Source of the DNA: Fidelibacterota bacterium
GTDB taxonomy: Bacteria; Fidelibacterota; Marinisomatia; Marinisomatales; J089
Assembly: GCA_003695105.1 (NCBI GenBank)
Contig: RFIZ01000171.1
Location: 1-32,722 of the forward strand
Direction: 5' to 3'
Length of the DNA stretch: 32,722 nt
The position numbers were made by a program, and so were the translations under genes. Shown here piece after piece: positions 1 to 8,233 of this stretch. Positions within the stretch are counted from its first letter, which is position 1; each line of letters opens with the position of its first letter. Under the pieces are notes generated by a model. It had not been told where the DNA came from. It saw nothing but the letters and a program-made list of their open reading frames with translations, and ran no database searches.

Positions 1-860
1 ATGGTGGCCAATTCGGCAATATAGGATGCGCTCAGCGACAACCCCAGACAAATCAATCCCACGGTCCCCGGCAAGCCCCACCCCGGACTTTGCAATTCAA
101 ACAGGATTCCCAGAAATCCGAACGTCGTCAGCAGGGAAGCCACGACCGGGTTGGTGAGAAAACGCACCAGCTTTTCCGACCAATTCTCCCGGAATTCCAA
201 GACCTCTGCGTCCGGATACCCCAGGATGTCCAGAACTTCGTCAAAGGTCTCCGCTTTCCGATCGGCGATTTTGTACTTGAGGGCCAGCTCCGTAGTCAGG
301 GTAATCAATTTTCCTTCTTTCCGGCCTTCCAGGTCGGTGACTTCCACCGAATCACCGTCAATCACCAGATGGGTGAAACTCAATTCTTCATCCACCATGC
401 CCTTGGCGATCTCCGTATTCCGGCCCCGTTTTTCGGCGGTGGAAGCCATTTCCTCCCGCATGTAGCTGATGACCTTTTCCGACCCTTTTTTCCCGGACAG
501 ATCGACAGCCGTGGCCGCCCCGATGGTGGCACCCCCGGTCATGAATATCTTTTCGCAACTCAACGAGATCAGGGACCCGGCCGAAATCGCCCGGCGATTG
601 ATAAAGGCAATCGTGGGAACCTCAGCAGACAAGATGGCATCCTTGATTTGGGTGGCTGCATCGACCCGGCCGCCAAAAGTATCGATATCGAACACGACGG
701 CTGCGGCGCCATCGGCGTCGGCCTTTTCCAGCACCCGTTCCAGAAAGGGGGGTAATCCCAGATCGATGGTGCCCTGGATGGGTACCCGGTAGACCACCTG
801 CCGGGCCGTCCCCATGGTCACGAGCCCAAGAAGGAAAACAAAAAATATGGTTCTCTTCAT
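1..860 (-). CDS. NfeD-family membrane-bound ClpP-class serine protease (C-terminus runs off the window)
   Basis: Absent from the ORF track because it has no stop in the window. Hand translation from the ATG (rc of 858-860) gives MKRTIFFVFLLGLVTMGTARQVVYRVPIQGTIDLGLPPFLERVLEKADADGAAAVVFDIDTFGGRVDAATQIKDAILSAEVPTIAFINRRAISAGSLISL..., which matches the ClpP-like NfeD N-domain. Hydrophobic segments follow (LTNPVVASLLTTFGFLGILFEL...). I hand-translated 481-860 and saw no stop; the rest was inferred from the antisense track ORF, not checked codon by codon. The + strand ORF 90..755 is its antisense shadow. Confidence 0.7.
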   Translation of the reverse strand, partial: MKRTIFFVFLLGLVTMGTARQVVYRVPIQGTIDLGLPPFLERVLEKADADGAAAVVFDIDTFGGRVDAATQIKDAILSAEVPTIAFINRRAISAGSLISLSCEKIFMTGGATIGAATAVDLSGKKGSEKVISYMREEMASTAEKRGRNTEIAKGMVDEELSFTHLVIDGDSVEVTDLEGRKEGKLITLTTELALKYKIADRKAETFDEVLDILGYPDAEVLEFRENWSEKLVRFLTNPVVASLLTTFGFLGILFELQSPGWGLPGTVGLICLGLSLSASYIAELAT

Positions 861-924
861 CAGGTGATTTTACCCGAATTCCTTACGAAAAACAAGATTC
901 CTCCCAGGAAAAACGCTGGAACTG

Positions 925-2205
925 ATGTATATCCGGATGTACTTTTCAGGCATGGAGAAGGTCTATACGTCCCACAGCCGTAAGAGATTCATAAAAATAG
1001 GCCTTTTTCTGCTCACGGCCCTGGTGGTCATCGGTCCCGCCCGGAGTCAATCTTCATCGCGTGCCCTGGTTCTGGTGATCATCGACGGCGCCCGGTATAG
1101 CGAAACGTTCGGCGATTCCCTGAGAAGCCATATCCCCCGGCTGGACTCCATCGCGCAAAGCGGTGCCCTGGCCACCGAATTTTACAACGATTCCCTGACG
1201 TACACCTCCAGAGCCATCCCGGCTCTCTGGTGCGGCAGCTGGACCGATGTCCAGGACACCGTCTATCAGGGAGGGTCCACCCAGTACACAAAAAAGCCCA
1301 CCATCTTTGAATATTTCCGCAAACAAACCGGGGCCGATACCAGCCAGTGCCAGTACGTGCTGAAATATGTTCCTTCTCTCTGGTTACCCAGTTTTCGTCC
1401 GGACTACGGTCCCGCTTACTGGCCCCGATTTGTCAGTCAGGGTTCATCGGATCGGATGGTACTGGAAAACGCATTGAACGTGCTGGAACAGGATCACCCC
1501 CAACTGTTGTTGGTGTATTTTGCCGATGTGGATCATGCCGGGCATTCCGGTGATTGGTCGGCCTATCTCCAGGCGATTGAAACGGCGGACAGTTGTGTCG
1601 GCGCCCTCTGGTCTGCCCTGCAGTCCGACCCGTTCTACGCCAATCGCACCGATCTTCTGGTAACCAACGACCACGGACGCCATGATGATCAGCATGGCGG
1701 CTTCCAGGGACACGGGGACGGTTGTGACGGTTGTCGTCATATCCTTTTTCTGGCGGCCGGACCCGATATCCAACCCGGTGTGTACACTGCCGTCTACCAT
1801 CGCACTCCCGATTTCGCCGTAACGGCCTGTGCTCTCCTGGGACTGACCCCCGAATACGCTACCGGATCCGTAATCGACGAAATCTTCCTGCCCACCCAGA
1901 GTGTAACGCCGGCATCCCCCCTGCCCACGGCGGTACAGCTCGGCCCGAACTTTCCCAATCCCTTCAACCGGACCACCCGCATTCCCTTTTCGCTGCAAAG
2001 ACCGGCTGAGGTTACTGTGGATATCCTCGACTGCCGGGGCCGGTTCGTGTTCAACCTTATCCAGGGGCCTCTCCCGGCGGGGGATCACCTGATTTCCTGG
2101 TCTGCCACTGACCGCCACCAGCAGCCGGTCAGCGGTGGTATCTATATCGTGCGACTCCGAACGGAAGCCGCCTCCAGATACCGGAAACTGGTCTTCCTAC
2201 CGTAG
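925..2205 (+). CDS. Secreted alkaline-phosphatase-superfamily phosphodiesterase / nucleotide pyrophosphatase-like enzyme with T9SS C-terminal sorting domain
   Basis: Signal-peptide-like N-terminus (KIGLFLLTALVVIGPARSQ). AP-superfamily metal-site motifs are present: LVIIDGARY, DVDHAGHSGD, NDHGRHDD. The start is uncertain, with ATGs at 925, 937 and 952. Confidence 0.75.
   Translation: MYIRMYFSGMEKVYTSHSRKRFIKIGLFLLTALVVIGPARSQSSSRALVLVIIDGARYSETFGDSLRSHIPRLDSIAQSGALATEFYNDSLTYTSRAIPALWCGSWTDVQDTVYQGGSTQYTKKPTIFEYFRKQTGADTSQCQYVLKYVPSLWLPSFRPDYGPAYWPRFVSQGSSDRMVLENALNVLEQDHPQLLLVYFADVDHAGHSGDWSAYLQAIETADSCVGALWSALQSDPFYANRTDLLVTNDHGRHDDQHGGFQGHGDGCDGCRHILFLAAGPDIQPGVYTAVYHRTPDFAVTACALLGLTPEYATGSVIDEIFLPTQSVTPASPLPTAVQLGPNFPNPFNRTTRIPFSLQRPAEVTVDILDCRGRFVFNLIQGPLPAGDHLISWSATDRHQQPVSGGIYIVRLRTEAASRYRKLVFLP
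1933..2202 (+). other. T9SS (Por secretion system) C-terminal sorting domain of the phosphodiesterase
   Basis: The last ~90 aa read VQLGPNFPNPFNRTTRIPFSLQRPAEVTVDILDCRGRFV...GGIYIVRLRTEAASRYRKLVFLP. This carries the characteristic N/YPNPFN..T.I.F.L start and the G.Y...L......K.V..(K/P) end of Por_Secre_tail domains. Confidence 0.75.
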
Positions 2206-2252
2206 AGAGCCAGAACGTCGTAATTTTCCGGCTGTAGATTCTGCCACTTGCC

Positions 2253-3110
2253 ATGAATTCCATCACGTATTACGTCCTGAAAGGTCTGTCCCGCTGGTTG
2301 AAAAAAAGTTCCCGGACCGGACAACTCCGGTACCAATCTCTTCTGGCGGCATTCCTGTACCGACATGTTTCCCTCCGAAAGGACCGGGCCTATTCTCAAC
2401 TCAAGAACGCCTTTCCCACCCGGACCGAGGGGTCCCTCCGGAAAACCATGCAACAACTCTACCTTCACTTTACGGGGGAATTTCTCCGCTTTCTCACGCT
2501 GCCGGAATCGTTCCGGACCCTGACCTTTACTGTGGAAGGCATCCGCCATTTGCAACAGGCCCTGGGAGGCGGACGCGGGGTATTGCTGGTGACGGGCCAT
2601 TTTGGTTCCTGGGAGACATTGGCCGCCTGGCTGGGTCAGGCCGGGTATCCGGTAACGGCCGTGGCCAATCGACAGTCCAACCGGGGTGCTGACCGGTTTT
2701 TCCGGGAACAGCGGGAAACCAGCGGTATTGAACATATCTACAACAAGCGGGGCACGGCAGCCATGAAATCCGTCCTGGATCAAAACCGCATTCTTATCTT
2801 GGCCAGTGATCAAGACGCCCGCCGGAACGGTGTGTTTGTGCGATTTTTCGGACGACCGGCCTCCACCCCCCGGGGGGCAGCCGTTTTCCATCGCCGGACG
2901 GGAGCGCCGATCCTGTTTGCCACCTGTCAGGCCGAAGGTCCCCGCGCTTTTCGGGTCCGCTTCCAGCCTCTTCCAATCGGGCGCCAGGCTTCCGTTCCGG
3001 ATATCGTTCAAGCCTATACCTCCTGCCTGGAAGCGGCCATTCGGCCCCATCCGGAACAATACTTCTGGTTCCACCGGCGCTGGAAGACAAAACCTCCCCG
3101 GTCAGCATGA
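2253..3110 (+). CDS. Lipid A late (lauroyl/myristoyl) acyltransferase family protein, LpxL/HtrB-like
   Basis: 285 aa. Has the HX4E acyltransferase motif in LLVTGHFGSWE and an N-terminal membrane anchor region. Overall layout matches the Lip_A_acyltrans family (NAFP..., ILASDQDA, HPEQYFWFHRRWK). Its stop overlaps the tsaC ATG (ATGA at 3107-3110). Confidence 0.75.
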   Translation: MNSITYYVLKGLSRWLKKSSRTGQLRYQSLLAAFLYRHVSLRKDRAYSQLKNAFPTRTEGSLRKTMQQLYLHFTGEFLRFLTLPESFRTLTFTVEGIRHLQQALGGGRGVLLVTGHFGSWETLAAWLGQAGYPVTAVANRQSNRGADRFFREQRETSGIEHIYNKRGTAAMKSVLDQNRILILASDQDARRNGVFVRFFGRPASTPRGAAVFHRRTGAPILFATCQAEGPRAFRVRFQPLPIGRQASVPDIVQAYTSCLEAAIRPHPEQYFWFHRRWKTKPPRSA

Positions 3111-3679
3111 ATACCATTCCTTATACCGACTCCAGCGCCGTTCGCCAGGCGACGGCCATCCTGGAACAGGGGGGTGTCATCATCTACCCCACCGACACGC
3201 TCTATGGCCTGGGGGTAGACGCCACACGGCCGGATGCCGTGCGCCGGCTGGAACAACTGAAAGGACGCGGCGGCCCCTGGAGTGTTCTGATTGCGGACAA
3301 AGAGTCCCTTCGACCCTGGATATCCCTGCCTGCAGAAGCGATCCCCACCACTCTGGCTCCTCTGGGCGGAAAAACGACCGTTATCATTCCGGTCAAGTCC
3401 GGTTGGGTCGATACCGCCGTGCTGGGACCGGATCAATCTCTGGGTGTGCGTATTCCGGATCACAGCTTTTGCCGTCAGCTCAGTGTACATTACGGCCGAC
3501 CGATAACCAGTACCAGTGTGAATCGAACCCAGCACCCCCCATTACACCGGATCCACGACATCATTGCTGAATTCGGCGGCGAGGTCGACCTCATCATTGA
3601 CGCCGGCGATCTGCCTCCCTCTGCCGGCTCTACCATTTACCGCTGGGACGGACAAGCCCTGGTCAGGATTCGCCCTTGA
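3107..3679 (+). CDS. tsaC: L-threonylcarbamoyladenylate synthase, YrdC/TsaC type (tRNA t6A biosynthesis)
   Basis: 190 aa. GGVIIYPTDTLYGLGVDA and LKGRGGPWSVLI are classic YrdC-domain motifs. There is no Sua5 C-terminal domain. Confidence 0.85.
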   Translation: MNTIPYTDSSAVRQATAILEQGGVIIYPTDTLYGLGVDATRPDAVRRLEQLKGRGGPWSVLIADKESLRPWISLPAEAIPTTLAPLGGKTTVIIPVKSGWVDTAVLGPDQSLGVRIPDHSFCRQLSVHYGRPITSTSVNRTQHPPLHRIHDIIAEFGGEVDLIIDAGDLPPSAGSTIYRWDGQALVRIRP

Positions 3680-4386
3680 ACCGGATACGATGGCGTGGAA
3701 TCCTGGCCCTGATCCCGGCCCTGGTCTGGTCTCAACCGTTCCGGGTCGGTGAAAACCTGCATTACACCGCCCAGTTCAATTTTATCCCGGCCGGCTGGGC
3801 CACCTTACAGGTTCTGGAAATGGATACCGTGCATCAACAACCCACTTATCATGTATATTTCCAGGCCCGGACCGGAAAAATTGCCGATCGGGTTTACAAA
3901 ATCCGGGATCAAATTCACACCTGGATTCATTATCAGGAATATTACACCCATCGCCAGCAAAAAATAATACGGGAAGGTTCCTACCGAAAGAATTCTACCA
4001 CCGATATCGACTACCAACGCGCCATTGCCGTCACCGGAACCGATACATTTCGGATTTCTCAACCGCTACGGGATGTCTATTCCTTATTTTATTATCTCCG
4101 CACCATACCCCTGGAACTGGATAGCATCCTCCAGTTCACTGCCTTCGACAATAACCGGGAAACCCCCTTCCGGCTGCGGATTTCCAAACGGGAAACCGTA
4201 TCGGTTCCGGCGGGATCCTTTACCTGTATCAAAGTGAATCCCTTTCGCGAAAAGCGCAGTTTGTTCAAGAATCAGGGCGATATCGAAATCTGGTTCAGTG
4301 ATGACGAGACCCGGATCCCGGTCCAGATCCAAATTCACCTGAAGTACGGCAGTATGTTGCTTCAGTTGGATTCGTACACGCTTTAA
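3676..4386 (+). CDS. DUF3108-like secreted protein of unknown function
   Basis: TTG start overlapping the tsaC stop (TTGA). Signal peptide ILALIPALVWSQ. GENLHYTAQFNFIPAGWATLQV near the N-terminus and IEIWFSDDETRIPVQIQIHLKYGSMLLQL near the C-terminus resemble the DUF3108 pattern as I recall it. Confidence 0.55.
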   Translation: MNRIRWRGILALIPALVWSQPFRVGENLHYTAQFNFIPAGWATLQVLEMDTVHQQPTYHVYFQARTGKIADRVYKIRDQIHTWIHYQEYYTHRQQKIIREGSYRKNSTTDIDYQRAIAVTGTDTFRISQPLRDVYSLFYYLRTIPLELDSILQFTAFDNNRETPFRLRISKRETVSVPAGSFTCIKVNPFREKRSLFKNQGDIEIWFSDDETRIPVQIQIHLKYGSMLLQLDSYTL

Positions 4387-5555
4387 TGTCCGAAGAGACG
4401 CCCCAAATCGTTATACACCACTGTGATCATCAGCAACAATAACAGAGCCATGCCGATCTGCTGAATCACGAGCCGGACCCGGATCGAGAGTTCCCGTCGG
4501 ATCACCAGTTGAATCAGAGTCACCAGAATGTGGCCGCCGTCCAGGCCCGGAATGGGTAAAATATTCAGAAAGGCCAGATTGACGCTGATCAGGGCCATGA
4601 ACGACAATAAAGGTATCCAGCCGGCACGGGCCGATTCACCCGCCAGCTGAGCGATCATGATCGGTCCGCCCAATTCATCCAGGGAGGCCTCGCCGGTAAC
4701 CAGCATCTTCACCGACATTCCGATCAGGGCAAACCCATTCATGGTAGAGCGAAAACCGGCACCGAGGGCTCCAATCGGTCCCACAGGCTGATAGGTGACG
4801 GCCGGATAAATGCCGATGGCGCCGATGGTATCCTGTTTTCCCTCCCGGTAGACCACTTCCTGCTGACTGTGAACGGTGAAATCCAGGGTTTGTCCATCCC
4901 GTTGTACAGTCAGCCGGATGTCCTGGTCCGGCATTCCGTGTATCAGAGTGGACATATCTTCCCAATTGTCCAGCGGCTGTCCGTTGACAGCGACGATCCG
5001 ATCCTGAATCTCCAGGCCGGATCTTTCCGCCGGCATATCGGGTACAAATTGGGCGACGACCGGTTCGGATGAGACCACCGGTAGACCCGTTTTCCAAGTG
5101 ACGCCGCTGAAGAGAAACCAGGCCAGAAAAATATTCATGATGACGCCGGCGCTCATCACCCAGGCCTGAGCCAGAGGCGATTTGGAAGCGAATTCGTCGG
5201 GCGCATGCCGAATGTCTGTGTCCAGGCTTTCATCGATCACGCCGGCCATTTTCACGTATCCTCCCAGAGGGATCCAGGCCAAACAGTATTCGGTTCCGCT
5301 TCCCCGGCGTCCCGGACGGGACCAGAACCGTTCCCAGACCGGCAGCCATTGCCAGCTTTCCGCCTGCCGGCGCAGAAAATAGATACGGATGATCCAGCCT
5401 GAATCAGCGGAGGTGAAGGTGAGAAAACGCGGCGGAAATCCCACGGAAAACCGGTCTACACGAACGCCAACGGATCGGGCGGCCAGATAATGTCCCAGTT
5501 CGTGGATGAAGATCAGAACACCCAAAACCAGGATCGTGGCCCAAAGTGTGGTCAT
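4383..5555 (-). CDS. rseP: RIP zinc metalloprotease RseP (site-2 protease), single PDZ
   Basis: HELGH zinc motif in TM1, a central PDZ-like segment, and a C-terminal NLAFLNILPIPGLDGGH motif. The track ORF starts at TTG 5567. I prefer ATG 5555 (MTTLWATILVLGVLIFIHELGH), which aligns with the E. coli RseP N-terminus. Confidence 0.9.
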   Translation of the reverse strand: MTTLWATILVLGVLIFIHELGHYLAARSVGVRVDRFSVGFPPRFLTFTSADSGWIIRIYFLRRQAESWQWLPVWERFWSRPGRRGSGTEYCLAWIPLGGYVKMAGVIDESLDTDIRHAPDEFASKSPLAQAWVMSAGVIMNIFLAWFLFSGVTWKTGLPVVSSEPVVAQFVPDMPAERSGLEIQDRIVAVNGQPLDNWEDMSTLIHGMPDQDIRLTVQRDGQTLDFTVHSQQEVVYREGKQDTIGAIGIYPAVTYQPVGPIGALGAGFRSTMNGFALIGMSVKMLVTGEASLDELGGPIMIAQLAGESARAGWIPLLSFMALISVNLAFLNILPIPGLDGGHILVTLIQLVIRRELSIRVRLVIQQIGMALLLLLMITVVYNDLGRLFGH

Positions 5556-5605
5556 GGCAGCTTCCAATTCATATCAGTGTCAAACCTCCGGTTCGGGGTT
5601 AGGTT

Positions 5606-6763
5606 TCATGATTTCTGTCCCGGCCATTCCTGGACCTGTCGGGTGATCTCCGCCTCCAGTTGACGCAAGTCATCCAGATCGGGATGGGGAATCCAGGGGT
5701 GTTGCTCTACCATGTTGGCGATGATGTCCGGAATTTGCGTAAACATCAGGTCTCCCTGCAAAAACCGGTAGACGGCCTGTTCATTGGCCACGTTCAGAGC
5801 CGCCGGAGCGCTGCCGCCCCGGGCCAGCGCCTGATACGCCAACCGAATGGACGGAAAACGTTCCGTATCCACCGGCTCGAAGGTGAGTGTGGCCACCCGG
5901 GTCAAATCCAGTCGCTCCCATGGCGCCGGAGCATGACGGGGATACATGAGGGCATATTGGATGGGAATTTTCATATCCGGAACCCCCAACTGGGCTTTGA
6001 TGGAACCGTCGACAAATTCCACCATGGAATGGATGATCGACTGGGGATGAACCACGATATCGATCTGTTCCGGCGGGAGCTGGAACAGCCAGTGAGCCTC
6101 GATCACTTCCAGACCTTTATTCATCATGGTGGCGGAATCGATGGTGATTTTGGCTCCCATATCCCAATTGGGATGCCGCAAGGCTTCTTCCACACTGATC
6201 CGGGAAAACGTGTCCAGGGGTCGGGTGCGGAACGGTCCCCCACTGCCGGTGAGAATCAGTCTCCGGACCTCTTCCGGCTTTTCCCCGGCCAGACATTGCC
6301 AGATGGCGGAATGCTCGCTATCGATGGGATACAGGTGAGCGCCGGTCTGCTGCCGGATGCGGGATATGAGATCTCCGGCCATCACCAGACTCTCCTTGTT
6401 GCTCAGGGCCACATCCACCCCGGCCGACAGAGCCACGCAGGTGGGTTCCATTCCCGCCGCTCCTACCAGAGCATTTAACATCAGATCGATGTCGGTCCGG
6501 GCGGCGGCCTCCAGGAGCCCTTCCCGGCCGCTGAGGATTCGAACCCCCTGGGCTTCCTGGCGGGCCCGGCGGGCGGCACCAGGATCAGTGATTACAACCG
6601 TATCCACTCCAAAATTCCGGGCCTGCTGCAAGACAGATTCCCACCGGTTCCGGCACGATAAAAGCGCCACCTGAAAATCATCGCCCAGATTGCGGATCAC
6701 CCGCAGTGCATTTTCGCCGATGGAACCGGTGGATCCCAGGATGGATATTTTGCGCCGGGTCAT
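5606..6763 (-). CDS. dxr: 1-deoxy-D-xylulose-5-phosphate reductoisomerase
   Basis: 385 aa. Motifs: ISILGSTGSIG NADPH-binding N-terminus, NKESLV, DSEHSAI, HPNWDMG. The ATG overlaps the upstream ORF stop (ATGA at 6760-6763). Confidence 0.95.
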   Translation of the reverse strand: MTRRKISILGSTGSIGENALRVIRNLGDDFQVALLSCRNRWESVLQQARNFGVDTVVITDPGAARRARQEAQGVRILSGREGLLEAAARTDIDLMLNALVGAAGMEPTCVALSAGVDVALSNKESLVMAGDLISRIRQQTGAHLYPIDSEHSAIWQCLAGEKPEEVRRLILTGSGGPFRTRPLDTFSRISVEEALRHPNWDMGAKITIDSATMMNKGLEVIEAHWLFQLPPEQIDIVVHPQSIIHSMVEFVDGSIKAQLGVPDMKIPIQYALMYPRHAPAPWERLDLTRVATLTFEPVDTERFPSIRLAYQALARGGSAPAALNVANEQAVYRFLQGDLMFTQIPDIIANMVEQHPWIPHPDLDDLRQLEAEITRQVQEWPGQKS

Positions 6764-7482
6764 GGAAAGAGTTTACGCACTTCCAGGGAAACAAGAATGA
6801 AACGAGATCCGAAAGACACCGACGGAAAGACTTCATTGGAATCCCGGACCAGTGCATACCCTACGGACAGGTAATTTTTTTGCAGATGCAGCGAGGCCGG
6901 GGCCTGGGTCAGGATGGTAGTGTGAAATGTTACCTTTCCCTCCATTTTCCCCACCGCCAATTGCCAGGGACGTCCCCCAAGATCCTGCAGAGCGATCTGA
7001 AAAAGGGAGGTCCGCAGTCGATATTGGCGTCCTCCGGTTTGGGCCGCCAGGGTGCCGGTCACCGAAAGGCGACTCCCGGCGGACAAGTTCAGTCCCACCA
7101 GTTGATTCATGACCAACTGTTGGCGGTCTTTTCCGACCGAAAGTTCCCCCTGGGCGGATAAGTTGTCAGAAATCAAAAAAATACCCGTGAGCCCGGCCCC
7201 GTACTGCCGGCGGTGACCTTCCGGGATGTCTGCGAACCGCGATCCGGACACCCGCAGCCCGACTCCTGCCTCCTGCCGGGCGGCAGACGATCCGGCCAGG
7301 GGAAAGGAGAGGAGAAGGGCTTGTTGCGTCATGATGGGTCGGGCCTGCTGAGAGAAATCCGTTGTGAGGGTTGATAAATCGCGCACCATATTCTGCCCTG
7401 CCAGGCTCGACCACCCCAGACATATCACCAGGGATAAGCGGACCGGACAGGAGCTAAATAATCCCTCGCTCACTGGCTTCAA
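6760..7482 (-). CDS. Hypothetical protein, possible small outer-membrane beta-barrel / periplasmic protein
   Basis: 240-aa ORF in an otherwise gap-free operon, coupled to dxr by an ATGA overlap. The hydrophobic N-terminus (VRLSLVICLGWSSLAGQ) is present only with the TTG start at 7482, which overlaps the lpxA 3' end by 29 nt. Alternative starts are GTG 7428 and ATG 7389. The body shows alternating hydrophobic/polar stretches and many G/S/Q/T. I recognise no family. Confidence 0.5.
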   Translation of the reverse strand: MKPVSEGLFSSCPVRLSLVICLGWSSLAGQNMVRDLSTLTTDFSQQARPIMTQQALLLSFPLAGSSAARQEAGVGLRVSGSRFADIPEGHRRQYGAGLTGIFLISDNLSAQGELSVGKDRQQLVMNQLVGLNLSAGSRLSVTGTLAAQTGGRQYRLRTSLFQIALQDLGGRPWQLAVGKMEGKVTFHTTILTQAPASLHLQKNYLSVGYALVRDSNEVFPSVSFGSRFILVSLEVRKLFP

Positions 7483-8179
7483 TAAACTGGATGACGGAGG
7501 GAATATGGGGTTGATCTGCCAGGGACCGTTTGATTTCCTCCAGGGCTTCCCGGCGTGTCATCCCGGAACGAAAATACAAACGATACGCCCGTTTCAGAGT
7601 AGAAATCTCTTCGGGAGAAAATCCCCTCCGGGCCAGACCGACCCGGTTGATTCCTTTATAGGTGAGGGGTTCCTCCGCCGCCAGGATGAAGGGGGGAACA
7701 TCTTGAACGATGCGAAAACCGCCGCCGACAAAACAATGCTGCCCGACTCGACAAAACTGGTGCACCAGCACGCCGCCACCCAGGGATGCCCATTCCTCCA
7801 CCCGTACATGTCCTCCCAGGGTCACCAGATTGGCAAAGATGACATGATCGCCGACGATACAGTCATGGGCTACATGCACGCCGGTCATGAGGAGAACGTC
7901 GTTCCCGATTTCGGTTTGTCCGTGAGCCGCCGTGCCCCGATTGATGGATACATATTCCCGGATGGTTACCCGGTCACCGATGAGGGTACTCGTCGCCTCC
8001 CCCTGGTATTTCAAGTCCTGAGGCGCCTCACCGATAGAAGCATACTGAAAAATCCGGCACTCCCGGCCGATCCGGGTGCCGGACCGAATCGTTACGAAGG
8101 GCCCGATCTCTGATCCTTCGCCGATCTCCACCCCCGTTTCGATGATCGTATACGGTCCCACCCGGACGGAGGGATGCAA
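7454..8179 (-). CDS. lpxA: Acyl-ACP--UDP-N-acetylglucosamine O-acyltransferase
   Basis: Left-handed beta-helix hexapeptide repeats, then QDLKYQGE, HVAHDC and a C-terminal helical domain (GINRVGLARRGFSPEEI), as in E. coli LpxA. 8179 is the first canonical start (TTG). The conserved N-terminal IHPTAII segment continues in frame up to 8233, so the real start may be a non-canonical ATC at 8227 or 8215 (see findings). Confidence 0.9.
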   Translation of the reverse strand: MHPSVRVGPYTIIETGVEIGEGSEIGPFVTIRSGTRIGRECRIFQYASIGEAPQDLKYQGEATSTLIGDRVTIREYVSINRGTAAHGQTEIGNDVLLMTGVHVAHDCIVGDHVIFANLVTLGGHVRVEEWASLGGGVLVHQFCRVGQHCFVGGGFRIVQDVPPFILAAEEPLTYKGINRVGLARRGFSPEEISTLKRAYRLYFRSGMTRREALEEIKRSLADQPHIPSVIQFIEASERGII

Positions 8180-8233
8180 CTGGACATCCGGAGCGATGAT
8201 AGCGGTGGGATGGATGGAAGTAGCGATGGGATC

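Noticed and set aside
5660-6478. Other long antisense ORFs in the track: 90-755, 1444-2118, 2142-3074, 5660-6478, 7364-8113, 11885-12715, 18800-19495, 20101-20892, 21511-22227, 27635-28282, 31333-32043.
   Set aside because: Each lies wholly inside a gene on the other strand that carries strong family motifs (NfeD, phosphodiesterase, LpxL, Dxr, LpxA, BamA, FGGY, HAD, PepC, S9, GlnA). None shows a motif of its own.
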